50,537 nucleotides of DNA from Oscillospiraceae bacterium (GTDB taxonomy: Bacteria > Bacillota > Clostridia > Clostridiales > Clostridiaceae): positions 1 to 50,537 of the forward strand of contig WQUF01000185.1 of NCBI GenBank assembly GCA_009785875.1, written 5' to 3'. Made by a program: the position numbers and the translations under genes. Position 1 is the stretch's first letter. Each line of letters begins with the position of its first letter. Shown in pieces: positions 36,946 through 44,549 of the stretch. The notes under the pieces were generated by a model. The model did no database searches. It saw nothing but the letters and a program-made list of their open reading frames with translations, and was not told where the DNA came from.

Positions 36946-37040
36946 TTTGCAACAAGAACAAGTCTTGAATATATGAAAAAGCTGAAAACTGAAAAGTAGC
37001 TGGGATAACCATTAATTTAAAATATGTGGCAATTAAGGCT

Positions 37041-37131
37041 AATACACATATCAAAGCCTTTCGACGGCATAACGAGGAATCCCCCTACGGACTGCCCCCT
37101 CATTATTCCACGGTGCTTTGACATGTGTATT
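37041..37131. other. Long imperfect hairpin enclosing a C-rich core (candidate structured RNA or ssDNA element)
   Basis: AATACACATATCAAAGC (37041..37057) pairs with GCTTTGACATGTGTATT (37115..37131), 16 of 17 positions. Inner GGAAT/ATTCC pair (37076..37080 / 37105..37109). No credible ORF. Confidence 0.5.
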
Positions 37132-37639
37132 TCAACATGCTCGTATACTCTTGCCGATGGAACTCAGAAAAAAGTAAATTAGAAAGTGTAATTCCATCGT
37201 TACTCTATTTTAGCATGTTGACCGCCAAGGTTTTTCGCCTCCGGAATCTTGAAAAAAGTATGAAAACTACATTTACAGTTTCTTCTCTTTATGGAACTAA
37301 GTGGTTTTTATAAATAGCTTATTCAATATTTTTTATTTTATAGTTGCTATTTTTTGCATTATTTAAACGTTTACATAATCTTGTAAAACATCTTGAAACA
37401 GCTTAAAACCGCATTATCTCTACATTGTTATACTTCATGAAGTATGGTATAATTTTATTATACAAAAGAAATAGAATTTGCTAATAAGCGAATAAAAAAA
37501 GGTTTAATCCTAAAAAAGTATGCGGACTAAACCAGAATAAAACACATTTACTAAATTATAAACTAAATATTATTTTTTTTCAATACAAAATAATAATCAA
37601 AAAAGACATATAAAAAAATCTAAGTATGGAGGAAATAAA

Positions 37640-38008
37640 ATGCAATTATTATCACAAGAATTTAAAGAATATAATAAATATTTGTCAAAATTAGGTGTAT
37701 ATGGAAGTATGTTAGATGAACTAAACAATGGCAACTACATAATTACAATGACAACAAATCATTATTATTTGGAGCATAGAAAAAGTTTTTCAAAAAAACC
37801 ACAAAGGAATGAGACAAAAATAATAACACCTAGAAATTATGCATGTTACATTACATCAATACCTTTTTTTAAGGATAGAATTAAAAATAGTTATACTACA
37901 GCAGGTTACTTACCAACAAGTCTAATTTGTTATTCTCCAGATAGAACGTATAAGGTTGAGAGAATATTTAAAATAGAATACAAGACAGAACCTATAAACC
38001 AAAAATAG
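37640..38008 (+). CDS. Hypothetical protein (122 aa)
   Basis: ATG 8 nt after GGAGG. No family recognised. Confidence 0.55.
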   Translation: MQLLSQEFKEYNKYLSKLGVYGSMLDELNNGNYIITMTTNHYYLEHRKSFSKKPQRNETKIITPRNYACYITSIPFFKDRIKNSYTTAGYLPTSLICYSPDRTYKVERIFKIEYKTEPINQK

Positions 38009-38010
38009 AT

Positions 38011-38033
38011 TGAAAGGGGTCAAGCCCCTTTCA
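38011..38033 (+). terminator. Hairpin after the 37640 gene
   Basis: TGAAAGGGG (38011..38019) pairs with CCCCTTTCA (38025..38033). 5-nt loop. No T-run. Confidence 0.4.
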
Positions 38034-38076
38034 ATACTAAATGGCTTAAAATGTATACAAGGAGGAATAATAATAT

Positions 38077-38418
38077 ATGATAATTAATGTTTTTTTAGTT
38101 AACAAGAATAAATATTTCAATGAAAATGAGTTAGTGGGTGAATGGTTGAAGTTACCTTGTACAATAACTCAAATTGAGAGTATGAAAGAAAATATTTTGC
38201 TTGATAAATACGATGATTATATGATTGAAGATTATAAAACAGATATTCCAAATATGATAATTCCGGTATATGATACGATTGAATATTTGAATGTGCTTGC
38301 ACAAAAATTAGAAACTTTAAGCATAGATGAGCTAAAACAATTTGATGAAGTTCTTAAAAATGAAACGAGTGATTATTATGAGGCGTACAAAAAAATATTT
38401 GAATTAAAGAAAGATTAG
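38077..38418 (+). CDS. ArdA N-terminal-domain-like small acidic protein (possible antirestriction)
   Basis: MIINVFLVNKNKYFNENELVGEWLKLPCT ... DDYMIEDYKTDIP ... IEYLNVLAQKLETLS resembles the ArdA N-terminal pattern. At 113 aa it is shorter than canonical ArdA. Confidence 0.45.
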   Translation: MIINVFLVNKNKYFNENELVGEWLKLPCTITQIESMKENILLDKYDDYMIEDYKTDIPNMIIPVYDTIEYLNVLAQKLETLSIDELKQFDEVLKNETSDYYEAYKKIFELKKD

Positions 38419-38633
38419 CTTATAAAGAATAATAAATATATCTCTACAATTTTTGTAGAGATTATTTTATATCAGTAACAAAAAAATTAAAGCCTTTGTT
38501 AGACTAGCATTAGAGAACTAAAAGCTTTAATATGGCATATTATTTAATCAAATCAAAACAATGATTTTATCTCTTTGAAAAGAAAAAAGCTCCTGTTTTT
38601 GCAGAAGCTTTTCCTTTTTTTATGCAATTGGTA

Positions 38634-38662
38634 TTGACAAATTGCACAAAAAGCCGTATACT
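38634..38662 (+). promoter_or_regulatory. Sigma-70 promoter upstream of rep, flanked by an inverted repeat
   Basis: TTGACA (38634..38639), 17-nt spacer, TATACT (38657..38662). TGCAATT/AATTGCA brackets the -35 element. Confidence 0.55.
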
Positions 38663-39014
38663 ACGGGAAAAATAGTGTTGCGTTGCAAATTTCGTGTGCG
38701 CTATTTGGCTGCGGTTTGGCGACCCTGTAAGTCCAAATGCTCACTTTGCGTCAAGGTTAAGTATCCAAAAAAGATACTTACACACTCCCTTATGTCCTTA
38801 TATTATAACGTTTTGTAGATTTTATGCAAGTGGGTAATGTTAAAATCTATATGACATCATATGTACATAATACGTTATAGATAAAAAGGTTATGAGGAAG
38901 CACAGGGGTAAAGTGATTCATTGATATTAGGGTTCGACAAAGGACAAGCCGACATTTATTTTTTTAATGATGGCTTTTTTTGTTGTTTAAAATCAACTGG
39001 ATAGGAGGGATAAC

Positions 39015-40823
39015 GTGTTAGGTACATATGGAACATCAGCTTTTAACAGTTTAGATGATTTTTCGAATCATAGAGATTATTTGAGTTTCCTATATGCAGA
39101 TTTAGAGGGATTTATCGCACGTTGCACTATCTCTCCATCCCATGATGAAAATGGTAAACCAGAATTTCATCAAACACTTTGGAAGAACGAAAGGCTCATC
39201 AATTATAATAGGTATTTTAATGTTTTAGATGTTTATACATCTATGAACAGTTTTTGGAAAGGCGAGCGCAAAGTATCGGAATTGAAACATTTGAATGCGT
39301 TGTTCATTGATATTGATTGCTACAAAATAGGGAAAACACAGGAACAAGTAATCTTAGAACTTGAAACTGAATATTTTGGAGAAAAATTGCCTGTACCTAC
39401 ATTTTTAATAAATTCTGGCAGGGGTCTTTATTTAATTTGGAAAATTGACGAAGATAGGAACGCATTGCCGAGATGGAAAAGCGTTCAACAGTATCTTTAC
39501 GAAACATGTTTGCCTTTTGGTGCTGACTCACAGGCTTTAGACGCAGCTAGAATTTTACGTGTGCCTTATTCCATAAACTCAAAAAATGGCGAAACAGTTT
39601 CAATATTATCATACAGTAATGTTCAGTATACACTCTATGAGATAATTCATGAATTTGATATTGAACCAGTTTCTATAAAAGATAAACCTAAGAATGAAGT
39701 ACATAAATTTGGTGAGGCTACAGAAAAACAACGCAAGTTCGCTAAGGATATATCTGAAAAGACTGGACTTCCCTTGCCTGACTTTAATTCCTTTGATAAA
39801 ACTTTTGATTTTATAAAAGATAATTTAACTCACGGTGAGTTCAAAAGTGATGAAAAGAAGAATAACATTTTATTATTTCCACCTATTAGTATTGAAAATA
39901 CGGCTGAGATTAAGTCTTTACTTGAAGGACGTTGCAATGACCTTCGCCTGCTATTTTCCATGAGAAAAGGCGTAGATTGCTGTCGTGAGTATGGTTTGTT
40001 TTTATACCGTCTATGGCTTTGTCAAATTACAAAAGATTTTGATTATGCACTTATAAAAACCCTAGAATTTAATTCAAGTTTAGATTGCCCGTTTACTGAA
40101 AACTATGTAATATCACATACAAAAAGTGCAGAAGAAATTATCAAAAAGGGCAGTACATATAAATACAAAACAGAAACTCTTATTGAAGTTCTGAAAATTA
40201 CACAAGCTGAAATGAAATATTTACATTACATATGCGATTCTCCTATATCGCAAAAAGAAAAAAAATCAAAGAAAAATCATAGAAATTATAAGAATAGATT
40301 AAACCGTCAAGGCAAACTAGAAAAAAAAGAGCAAATAAATGAACGTCGTCAAACTATTATTAATATGAGAAACGAAAAAAAGACAAAAGAAGAAATATGC
40401 GATTTTTTAAATATATCATTTCGTACCTATGAAAGAGATTTAGTTGCCATATTTGCAAATGGTGTTTTAAATGTAGTTAAAAACACTGTTGAAACTATCG
40501 TGGATAATATAAGTGATACCCTCGAAACTATTTCCAATAAGGTTAATGGTCTTATTAATGATACTATTGATACTTTAAAATCATCAGAATTCAATTTACA
40601 TAATAATGATAATGAAAACGAGAAAATCGTCAATGATAATTTAACAGACAGTATGAATTTAGTTTCTAAAGAAAATGAAATAATCATTAATAAATCTTCT
40701 AATAACGTTGAAAACGGTGAAGAATTATCGGATAGCACGGATTTAGTCATTGCGACAAAAAATCAGCCCCTATATTGTAAGAAGAACGCTAGTTCCGCTC
40801 TGCTTAGTGAAAATACAGGTTAA
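39015..40823 (+). CDS. Replication initiator with primase-polymerase (AEP)-like N-terminal domain and C-terminal HTH
   Basis: GTG after AGGAGGG. LNALFIDIDC (acidic metal motif), NSGRGLYLIWKI and ARILRVPYSINSK resemble AEP/prim-pol motifs. HTH-like KTKEEICDFLNISFRTYERDL. N/D/E-rich tail. Confidence 0.55.
   Translation: MLGTYGTSAFNSLDDFSNHRDYLSFLYADLEGFIARCTISPSHDENGKPEFHQTLWKNERLINYNRYFNVLDVYTSMNSFWKGERKVSELKHLNALFIDIDCYKIGKTQEQVILELETEYFGEKLPVPTFLINSGRGLYLIWKIDEDRNALPRWKSVQQYLYETCLPFGADSQALDAARILRVPYSINSKNGETVSILSYSNVQYTLYEIIHEFDIEPVSIKDKPKNEVHKFGEATEKQRKFAKDISEKTGLPLPDFNSFDKTFDFIKDNLTHGEFKSDEKKNNILLFPPISIENTAEIKSLLEGRCNDLRLLFSMRKGVDCCREYGLFLYRLWLCQITKDFDYALIKTLEFNSSLDCPFTENYVISHTKSAEEIIKKGSTYKYKTETLIEVLKITQAEMKYLHYICDSPISQKEKKSKKNHRNYKNRLNRQGKLEKKEQINERRQTIINMRNEKKTKEEICDFLNISFRTYERDLVAIFANGVLNVVKNTVETIVDNISDTLETISNKVNGLINDTIDTLKSSEFNLHNNDNENEKIVNDNLTDSMNLVSKENEIIINKSSNNVENGEELSDSTDLVIATKNQPLYCKKNASSALLSENTG
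39827..39841. repeat. Dispersed palindrome copy 10, AACTCAC-G-GTGAGTT (inside rep)
   Basis: Read directly. In frame it encodes L-T-H-G-E-F. Confidence 0.95.
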
Positions 40824-41190
40824 TAAGTATGCTATTATTTTATAGGTTAATGGATGTTAAAGGGATGTTTATTACTGGTTTATAAGTTGTTTAATATTGG
40901 TTAAATAAGTGTTAATTGGGTATTTATTGTTTGATAATACGGAATTAATATAGGTTAATACGGAATTAATGATTCTTTAATATTTGAAAGAATTTTAATA
41001 TTTATATTTATAATGAAAAGAAAGATAAAAGGGATGGAGGAGTTTGATTGGGAAAAGGGTAGTGGCTTGGATAGGGGTATAGAGAGCAGATAACATATAA
41101 GATATTATCTTGAATGATATGATTGGAGAAGACGAATAAGAATTGTTTTTGTGTTTAATTCAAAAGATTAAGCTTTTTTGGAGGTGTCAA
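40824..41190. repeat. Iteron-like direct repeats / candidate oriV
   Basis: TAATACGGAATTAAT at 40935..40949 and 40956..40970 (21-bp period). ATAGGTTAAT at 40842..40851 and 40950..40959. Multiple GGTTAA[AT] and TGTTAA motifs, an AT-rich tract at 40975..41015, and a purine-rich tract at 41030..41090. Confidence 0.45.
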
Positions 41191-41191
41191 A

Positions 41192-41905
41192 ATGGCAAGA
41201 CCGATTAAATTGGGTCTTGATAGCTTTTATTTTGATGTGGATTTTTTTAATGATAAAAAAGTAAGAAGAATAAAAAAAGATTGTGGAGTTTCTTCAATTA
41301 GTTTGTTAATTTGTCTTCTAACTATTATTTATCGCAATGGTTATTGTGTTTTATTTGATAAGGATATTATTTTTGAAGTCTCCGACATAGTTGGAGTGGA
41401 TGAAGATGATGTTTCAAGAATGGTTGAAAAAGCTCTTGAAGTAGGTTTTTTTGATAGAGGTATGCTACAGAAATTTGGTATATTAACTTCATTAAGTATT
41501 CAAAAAAATTTTAACAGCATTATAAAAGAAAAAAAGCTTAAACAGGAAGGCATTTCATCTGTACATAATTTGTTAATTAATACAAGTAGTCATCTTAATA
41601 ATGAAAGTAGGGTTAATAAAGTATTTATTCCTCCAACACTTGATGAAGTTGAATCTTATTGCTTGGAGCATGGATATACAATAGATTCAAAATTTTTTAT
41701 TGCCTATTATAGTGAAGCTGGTTGGTTAGATAATGATAATAAAATAGTTAATTGGAAACAAAAAATTGTTACATGGGAATCTAATCAAAAGAGAAGGGAG
41801 AATAGCAATGGAGGATATAGGAACAATATTGCAGAGGCGAGTGTTAGAAATAAGGGAAGCGTCAATGATGGAGAAGTCCCAACGTGGGGTAAAGTTTACA
41901 AATAA
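41192..41905 (+). CDS. DUF4373 (Lin1244-like)/DnaD-like replisome organiser
   Basis: N-terminus MARPIKLGLDSFYFDVDFFNDKKVRRIKKDCG. C-terminus PPTLDEVESYCLEHGYTIDSKFFIAYYSEAGWLDNDNKIVNWKQKIVTWE is typical of phage/plasmid DnaD-like proteins. Confidence 0.6.
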   Translation: MARPIKLGLDSFYFDVDFFNDKKVRRIKKDCGVSSISLLICLLTIIYRNGYCVLFDKDIIFEVSDIVGVDEDDVSRMVEKALEVGFFDRGMLQKFGILTSLSIQKNFNSIIKEKKLKQEGISSVHNLLINTSSHLNNESRVNKVFIPPTLDEVESYCLEHGYTIDSKFFIAYYSEAGWLDNDNKIVNWKQKIVTWESNQKRRENSNGGYRNNIAEASVRNKGSVNDGEVPTWGKVYK

Positions 41906-42641
41906 TACATATCATCCTTTCATTGAAGAAAGAAAGTCTCTTGGTATTGAACATTGCTCAATATGTGATGATTATGGTGTTGAACAATATATAGCAGAAG
42001 ATAATGTAGTTCGTACTAGACCTTGTGAATGTATGAAGGAATTTTATAATAGAAAAAGGATTAAATTTAGCGGTCTTGGAACTACTGTAGCGGATAAGAC
42101 ATTTGAATCATATAAAGCAGATGAGACATGGCAAGATGGTATTAAACGTACTGCAATGAGTTTTGTCTATACTCCTAATGCATGGTTTTATATAGGTGGT
42201 GCTGTTGGATGTGGGAAAACTCATATATGTACAGCTATATGTGGAGTGCTTTTAAAATCAAAAAATGTTCAGTATTTATCATGGAGAGGGGGACATATTC
42301 AGGCAATAAAATCATCTGTACTAGATGAGGTAAGGTATAGAGAGTTAATAGAACCATTAAAAAATGTTGAGGTACTGTATATAGATGATTTGTTTAAAAA
42401 TGGTGGTGGAAAGATTACGGACGCAGATATTAACTTAGCTTTTTCTATACTTGATTTTAGGTACATAAATAAGCTTACAACAGTTATATCTAGTGAGTAT
42501 TTCATTGATAAACTTATGAAAATCGATGGAGCGATATCATCACGTATTTATGAAATGTCATATGGATTTTGCTCTCAAATAATCGATGATGATGGAAGTA
42601 AAAATTATAGATTAAAAAAACGTGAACTAATACAGAAATAG
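41808..42641 (+). CDS. DnaC/IstB-like AAA+ helicase loader
   Basis: Walker A GGAVGCGKTHICTAI, Walker B VEVLYIDDL. ATG 41808 after GGGAGAATAGCA is preferred over 41766. It overlaps the upstream gene by 98 nt (alternative ATG at 41865). Confidence 0.7.
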   Translation: MEDIGTILQRRVLEIREASMMEKSQRGVKFTNNTYHPFIEERKSLGIEHCSICDDYGVEQYIAEDNVVRTRPCECMKEFYNRKRIKFSGLGTTVADKTFESYKADETWQDGIKRTAMSFVYTPNAWFYIGGAVGCGKTHICTAICGVLLKSKNVQYLSWRGGHIQAIKSSVLDEVRYRELIEPLKNVEVLYIDDLFKNGGGKITDADINLAFSILDFRYINKLTTVISSEYFIDKLMKIDGAISSRIYEMSYGFCSQIIDDDGSKNYRLKKRELIQK

Positions 42642-42756
42642 ACATATGCTCTAATTTTATTGTTTATGCAATAAGAGTGTTGAAAGATAATAATTTTTAC
42701 TCTCTCTCAATACTCTCATTTTTACACAAATCGCATATATATAATTCTAGGAGTAA

Positions 42757-42906
42757 TTATTTTTGTGTTTGATTTAATTCATTATTTAAAACTAGTCTTT
42801 TGATTGCTCTCCATAAAGAAAATATGCAAGCAATTATTAATATGCTCAAACATACACCAGTTTTTAAAATCAATCCAGTTAATTCATATTTTAAATTTGT
42901 TTCCAT
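42757..42906 (-). CDS. 49-aa single-TM peptide (type I toxin-like or small membrane protein)
   Basis: ATG 42906 lies 7 nt after GGAGGTG. METNLKYELTGLILKTGVCLSILIIACIFSLWRAIKRLVLNNELNQTQK. Confidence 0.5.
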   Translation of the reverse strand: METNLKYELTGLILKTGVCLSILIIACIFSLWRAIKRLVLNNELNQTQK

Positions 42907-43075
42907 ACTAAACACCTCCGATATAAAAATTATTGACATGTTGAACAACCATTAATCAAAAAGAAAGGAATATATCTCTATCTCAATATTATTTAATGTG
43001 AAGCCATCCGTCATTCTTGGCAGAACCCTTTTTTTGTGCTTTTTATGTAACATCGAGGTCGATAAAATTCAAAAG

Positions 43076-43090
43076 AACTCACGGTGAGTT
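43076..43090. repeat. Dispersed palindrome copy 11, AACTCAC-G-GTGAGTT (25 bp perfect over 43071..43095)
   Basis: AAAAGAACTCACgGTGAGTTCTTTT followed by more T. 31 nt upstream of the -35 of P2. Confidence 0.95.
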
Positions 43091-43121
43091 CTTTTTTTAA
43101 TATCTCTAAATAAAAAAATAC

Positions 43122-43150
43122 TTGACGTTTAAAATACAAAATAGTATAAT
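43122..43150 (+). promoter_or_regulatory. Conserved promoter cassette P2
   Basis: TTGACG (43122..43127), 17-nt spacer TTTAAAATACAAAATAG, TATAAT (43145..43150). Confidence 0.6.
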
Positions 43151-43199
43151 GAATAGTATAAGAAAGAAATATAAAAAAGAAAAGGGGAGTGTATTAAGA

Positions 43200-43580
43200 A
43201 TGAAGAAACTAATTGCACTTGATGTTTGGGAATCAGTTCCAGATGAAAAAGGTCTTATCAGATATGCATATGGTCGGAATTGTCTTGATGTGTTTAATGA
43301 ATTAAGACAGTATCTTGAAGAAATAGGGTACATACCTGATGAATACTTTATTCTTGATAGTTATTGGGAACATGAGCGAATACCAAAAGACGCAATTCTA
43401 AAATTTGACATAGACTATGGCTCATCAGAAGGAATATATATTGATTTATACATAAACTGGAATGATTCAGGAGAAGCTCATTCAAAGCATTTTATTACTG
43501 GAAAAACTTTAAATGATAACGATGAAGGTATGGACAAGATGTTTTTGATTGCCTCTAATATACGTAAAGTAATAAATTAA
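43200..43580 (+). CDS. Hypothetical protein (126 aa)
   Basis: ATG 43200 after AAGGGGAG. The ORF-track start 43122 coincides with the -35 hexamer. Confidence 0.55.
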   Translation: MKKLIALDVWESVPDEKGLIRYAYGRNCLDVFNELRQYLEEIGYIPDEYFILDSYWEHERIPKDAILKFDIDYGSSEGIYIDLYINWNDSGEAHSKHFITGKTLNDNDEGMDKMFLIASNIRKVIN

Positions 43581-43656
43581 TAGCAATGTAGATTATATAA
43601 GCTGTGCTATCGGCTTGACGGGCGAATCAATAAACGATGACAATGGAATAATTTTT

Positions 43657-43671
43657 AACTCACTGTGAGTT
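43657..43671. repeat. Dispersed palindrome copy 12, variant AACTCAC-T-GTGAGTT (33 bp perfect over 43648..43680)
   Basis: ATAATTTTTAACTCACtGTGAGTTAAAAATTAT checked base by base. 13 nt upstream of the -35 of P3. Confidence 0.95.
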
Positions 43672-43693
43672 AAAAATTATGAAAATATTTTAC

Positions 43694-43722
43694 TTGATAT
43701 TAAATATACATTTTAGTATAAT
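43694..43722 (+). promoter_or_regulatory. Conserved promoter cassette P3
   Basis: TTGATA (43694..43699), 17-nt spacer TTAAATATACATTTTAG, TATAAT (43717..43722). Confidence 0.6.
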
Positions 43723-43773
43723 GAATATATTCAGATGTACATAAAAATATTCAGGAAGGGGGAAAAATTAGCA

Positions 43774-44052
43774 ATGGCAACAATACGAAAATTATATAGG
43801 ATAAAACCCAATGGAAGCATACATGAATCCGTTGAGCTTGAAATTGAAAATTACAGGTATATGAGTGAGTTTGGCGTTGAAGACGGAAAAATAACACAAG
43901 ATGAAGCTGATAAGTTATTTGAGCAAATAGATGTAATATATAGCATTCTGCAAAAAGCTTTATATCATGGTGTAACTGGAAAGGAAATAGGAATACTAAA
44001 GGAAATATCAGCAGGGCGAGCGATGAGACAGGATATGCAATTAGTAGAATAG
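43774..44052 (+). CDS. Hypothetical protein (92 aa)
   Basis: ATG 43774 after GGAAGGGGGAA. No family recognised. Confidence 0.5.
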   Translation: MATIRKLYRIKPNGSIHESVELEIENYRYMSEFGVEDGKITQDEADKLFEQIDVIYSILQKALYHGVTGKEIGILKEISAGRAMRQDMQLVE

Positions 44053-44111
44053 GTGAATAAAGAGTAGCATGGTTTAACCCTGTTACTCTTGCAGTACCAA
44101 TAAAAAGAAGG

Positions 44112-44432
44112 GTGATAATTACAGTGGATAAAATAAAAGTATTAGTAGTTGAACCTGAAAAAGAGCCATATTTGAAGGAAATAGATAATGAAATAAAGAC
44201 AATGCAGAAATTAGTAAATGGATATATTGAAACAGTCTTTTTAACCAGTACAGCAGTATTAGTGTGTAATGATGAAGGCATGATTAATGGCTCAAAAAGA
44301 AATAGAAGTTATGACTTTGGTTTTATATATGGAACATTCTTTATAGCTGGTATTGATGAACCTGATTTTGCTTCTCTCAACGATTTGGATATAAAAAAGT
44401 ATACTAAAAAATTTGGATTAATAAACACTTGA
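44112..44432 (+). CDS. DUF3846-like protein
   Basis: KIKVLVVEPEKEPYLKEIDNEIKTMQKLVNGYIETV ... VLVCNDEGMINGSKRNR ... IYGTFFIAG matches the DUF3846 pattern common on conjugative elements. The start is GTG 44112 or GTG 44124. Confidence 0.6.
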   Translation: MIITVDKIKVLVVEPEKEPYLKEIDNEIKTMQKLVNGYIETVFLTSTAVLVCNDEGMINGSKRNRSYDFGFIYGTFFIAGIDEPDFASLNDLDIKKYTKKFGLINT

Positions 44433-44457
44433 CATATTACATACATTTTAGTAAAAT
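44429..44457 (+). promoter_or_regulatory. Conserved promoter cassette P4 (upstream of parA)
   Basis: TTGACA (44429..44434, overlapping the stop of the previous gene), 17-nt spacer TATTACATACATTTTAG, TAAAAT (44452..44457). Confidence 0.55.
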
Positions 44458-44549
44458 GTATGTAGTTTTAAGAATAGGATAACAAAACACAAAATAAAGC
44501 TTCTGGTTAATATATATGAAAGTTATTATATGGAAGTGAGGTTGTAACC

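Noticed and set aside
37118-37149. TTGACA ... TATACT in the GC-rich island as an ordinary sigma-70 promoter
   Set aside because: The spacer is 20 nt, outside the usual 16-19 nt range. It is kept only as a speculative element of a folded-ssDNA promoter in the corresponding finding.
37125-37313. 62-aa ORF in the GC-rich intergenic island
   Set aside because: It has no SD sequence, starts inside the long hairpin, and has no family resemblance. The region is better explained as a structured non-coding element.
8028-39841. T-H-G/R-E-F as a shared functional peptide motif in T4CP, polyvalent protein and Rep
   Set aside because: The identical 15-nt DNA palindrome, which also occurs 11 times outside genes, explains the shared pentapeptide. 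The three proteins are otherwise unrelated around the motif.
43751-44281. 176-aa minus-strand ORF
   Set aside because: It lies fully antisense to two plus-strand genes that have strong RBSs and a recognisable family (DUF3846-like). It has no RBS and a hydrophobic low-complexity translation.
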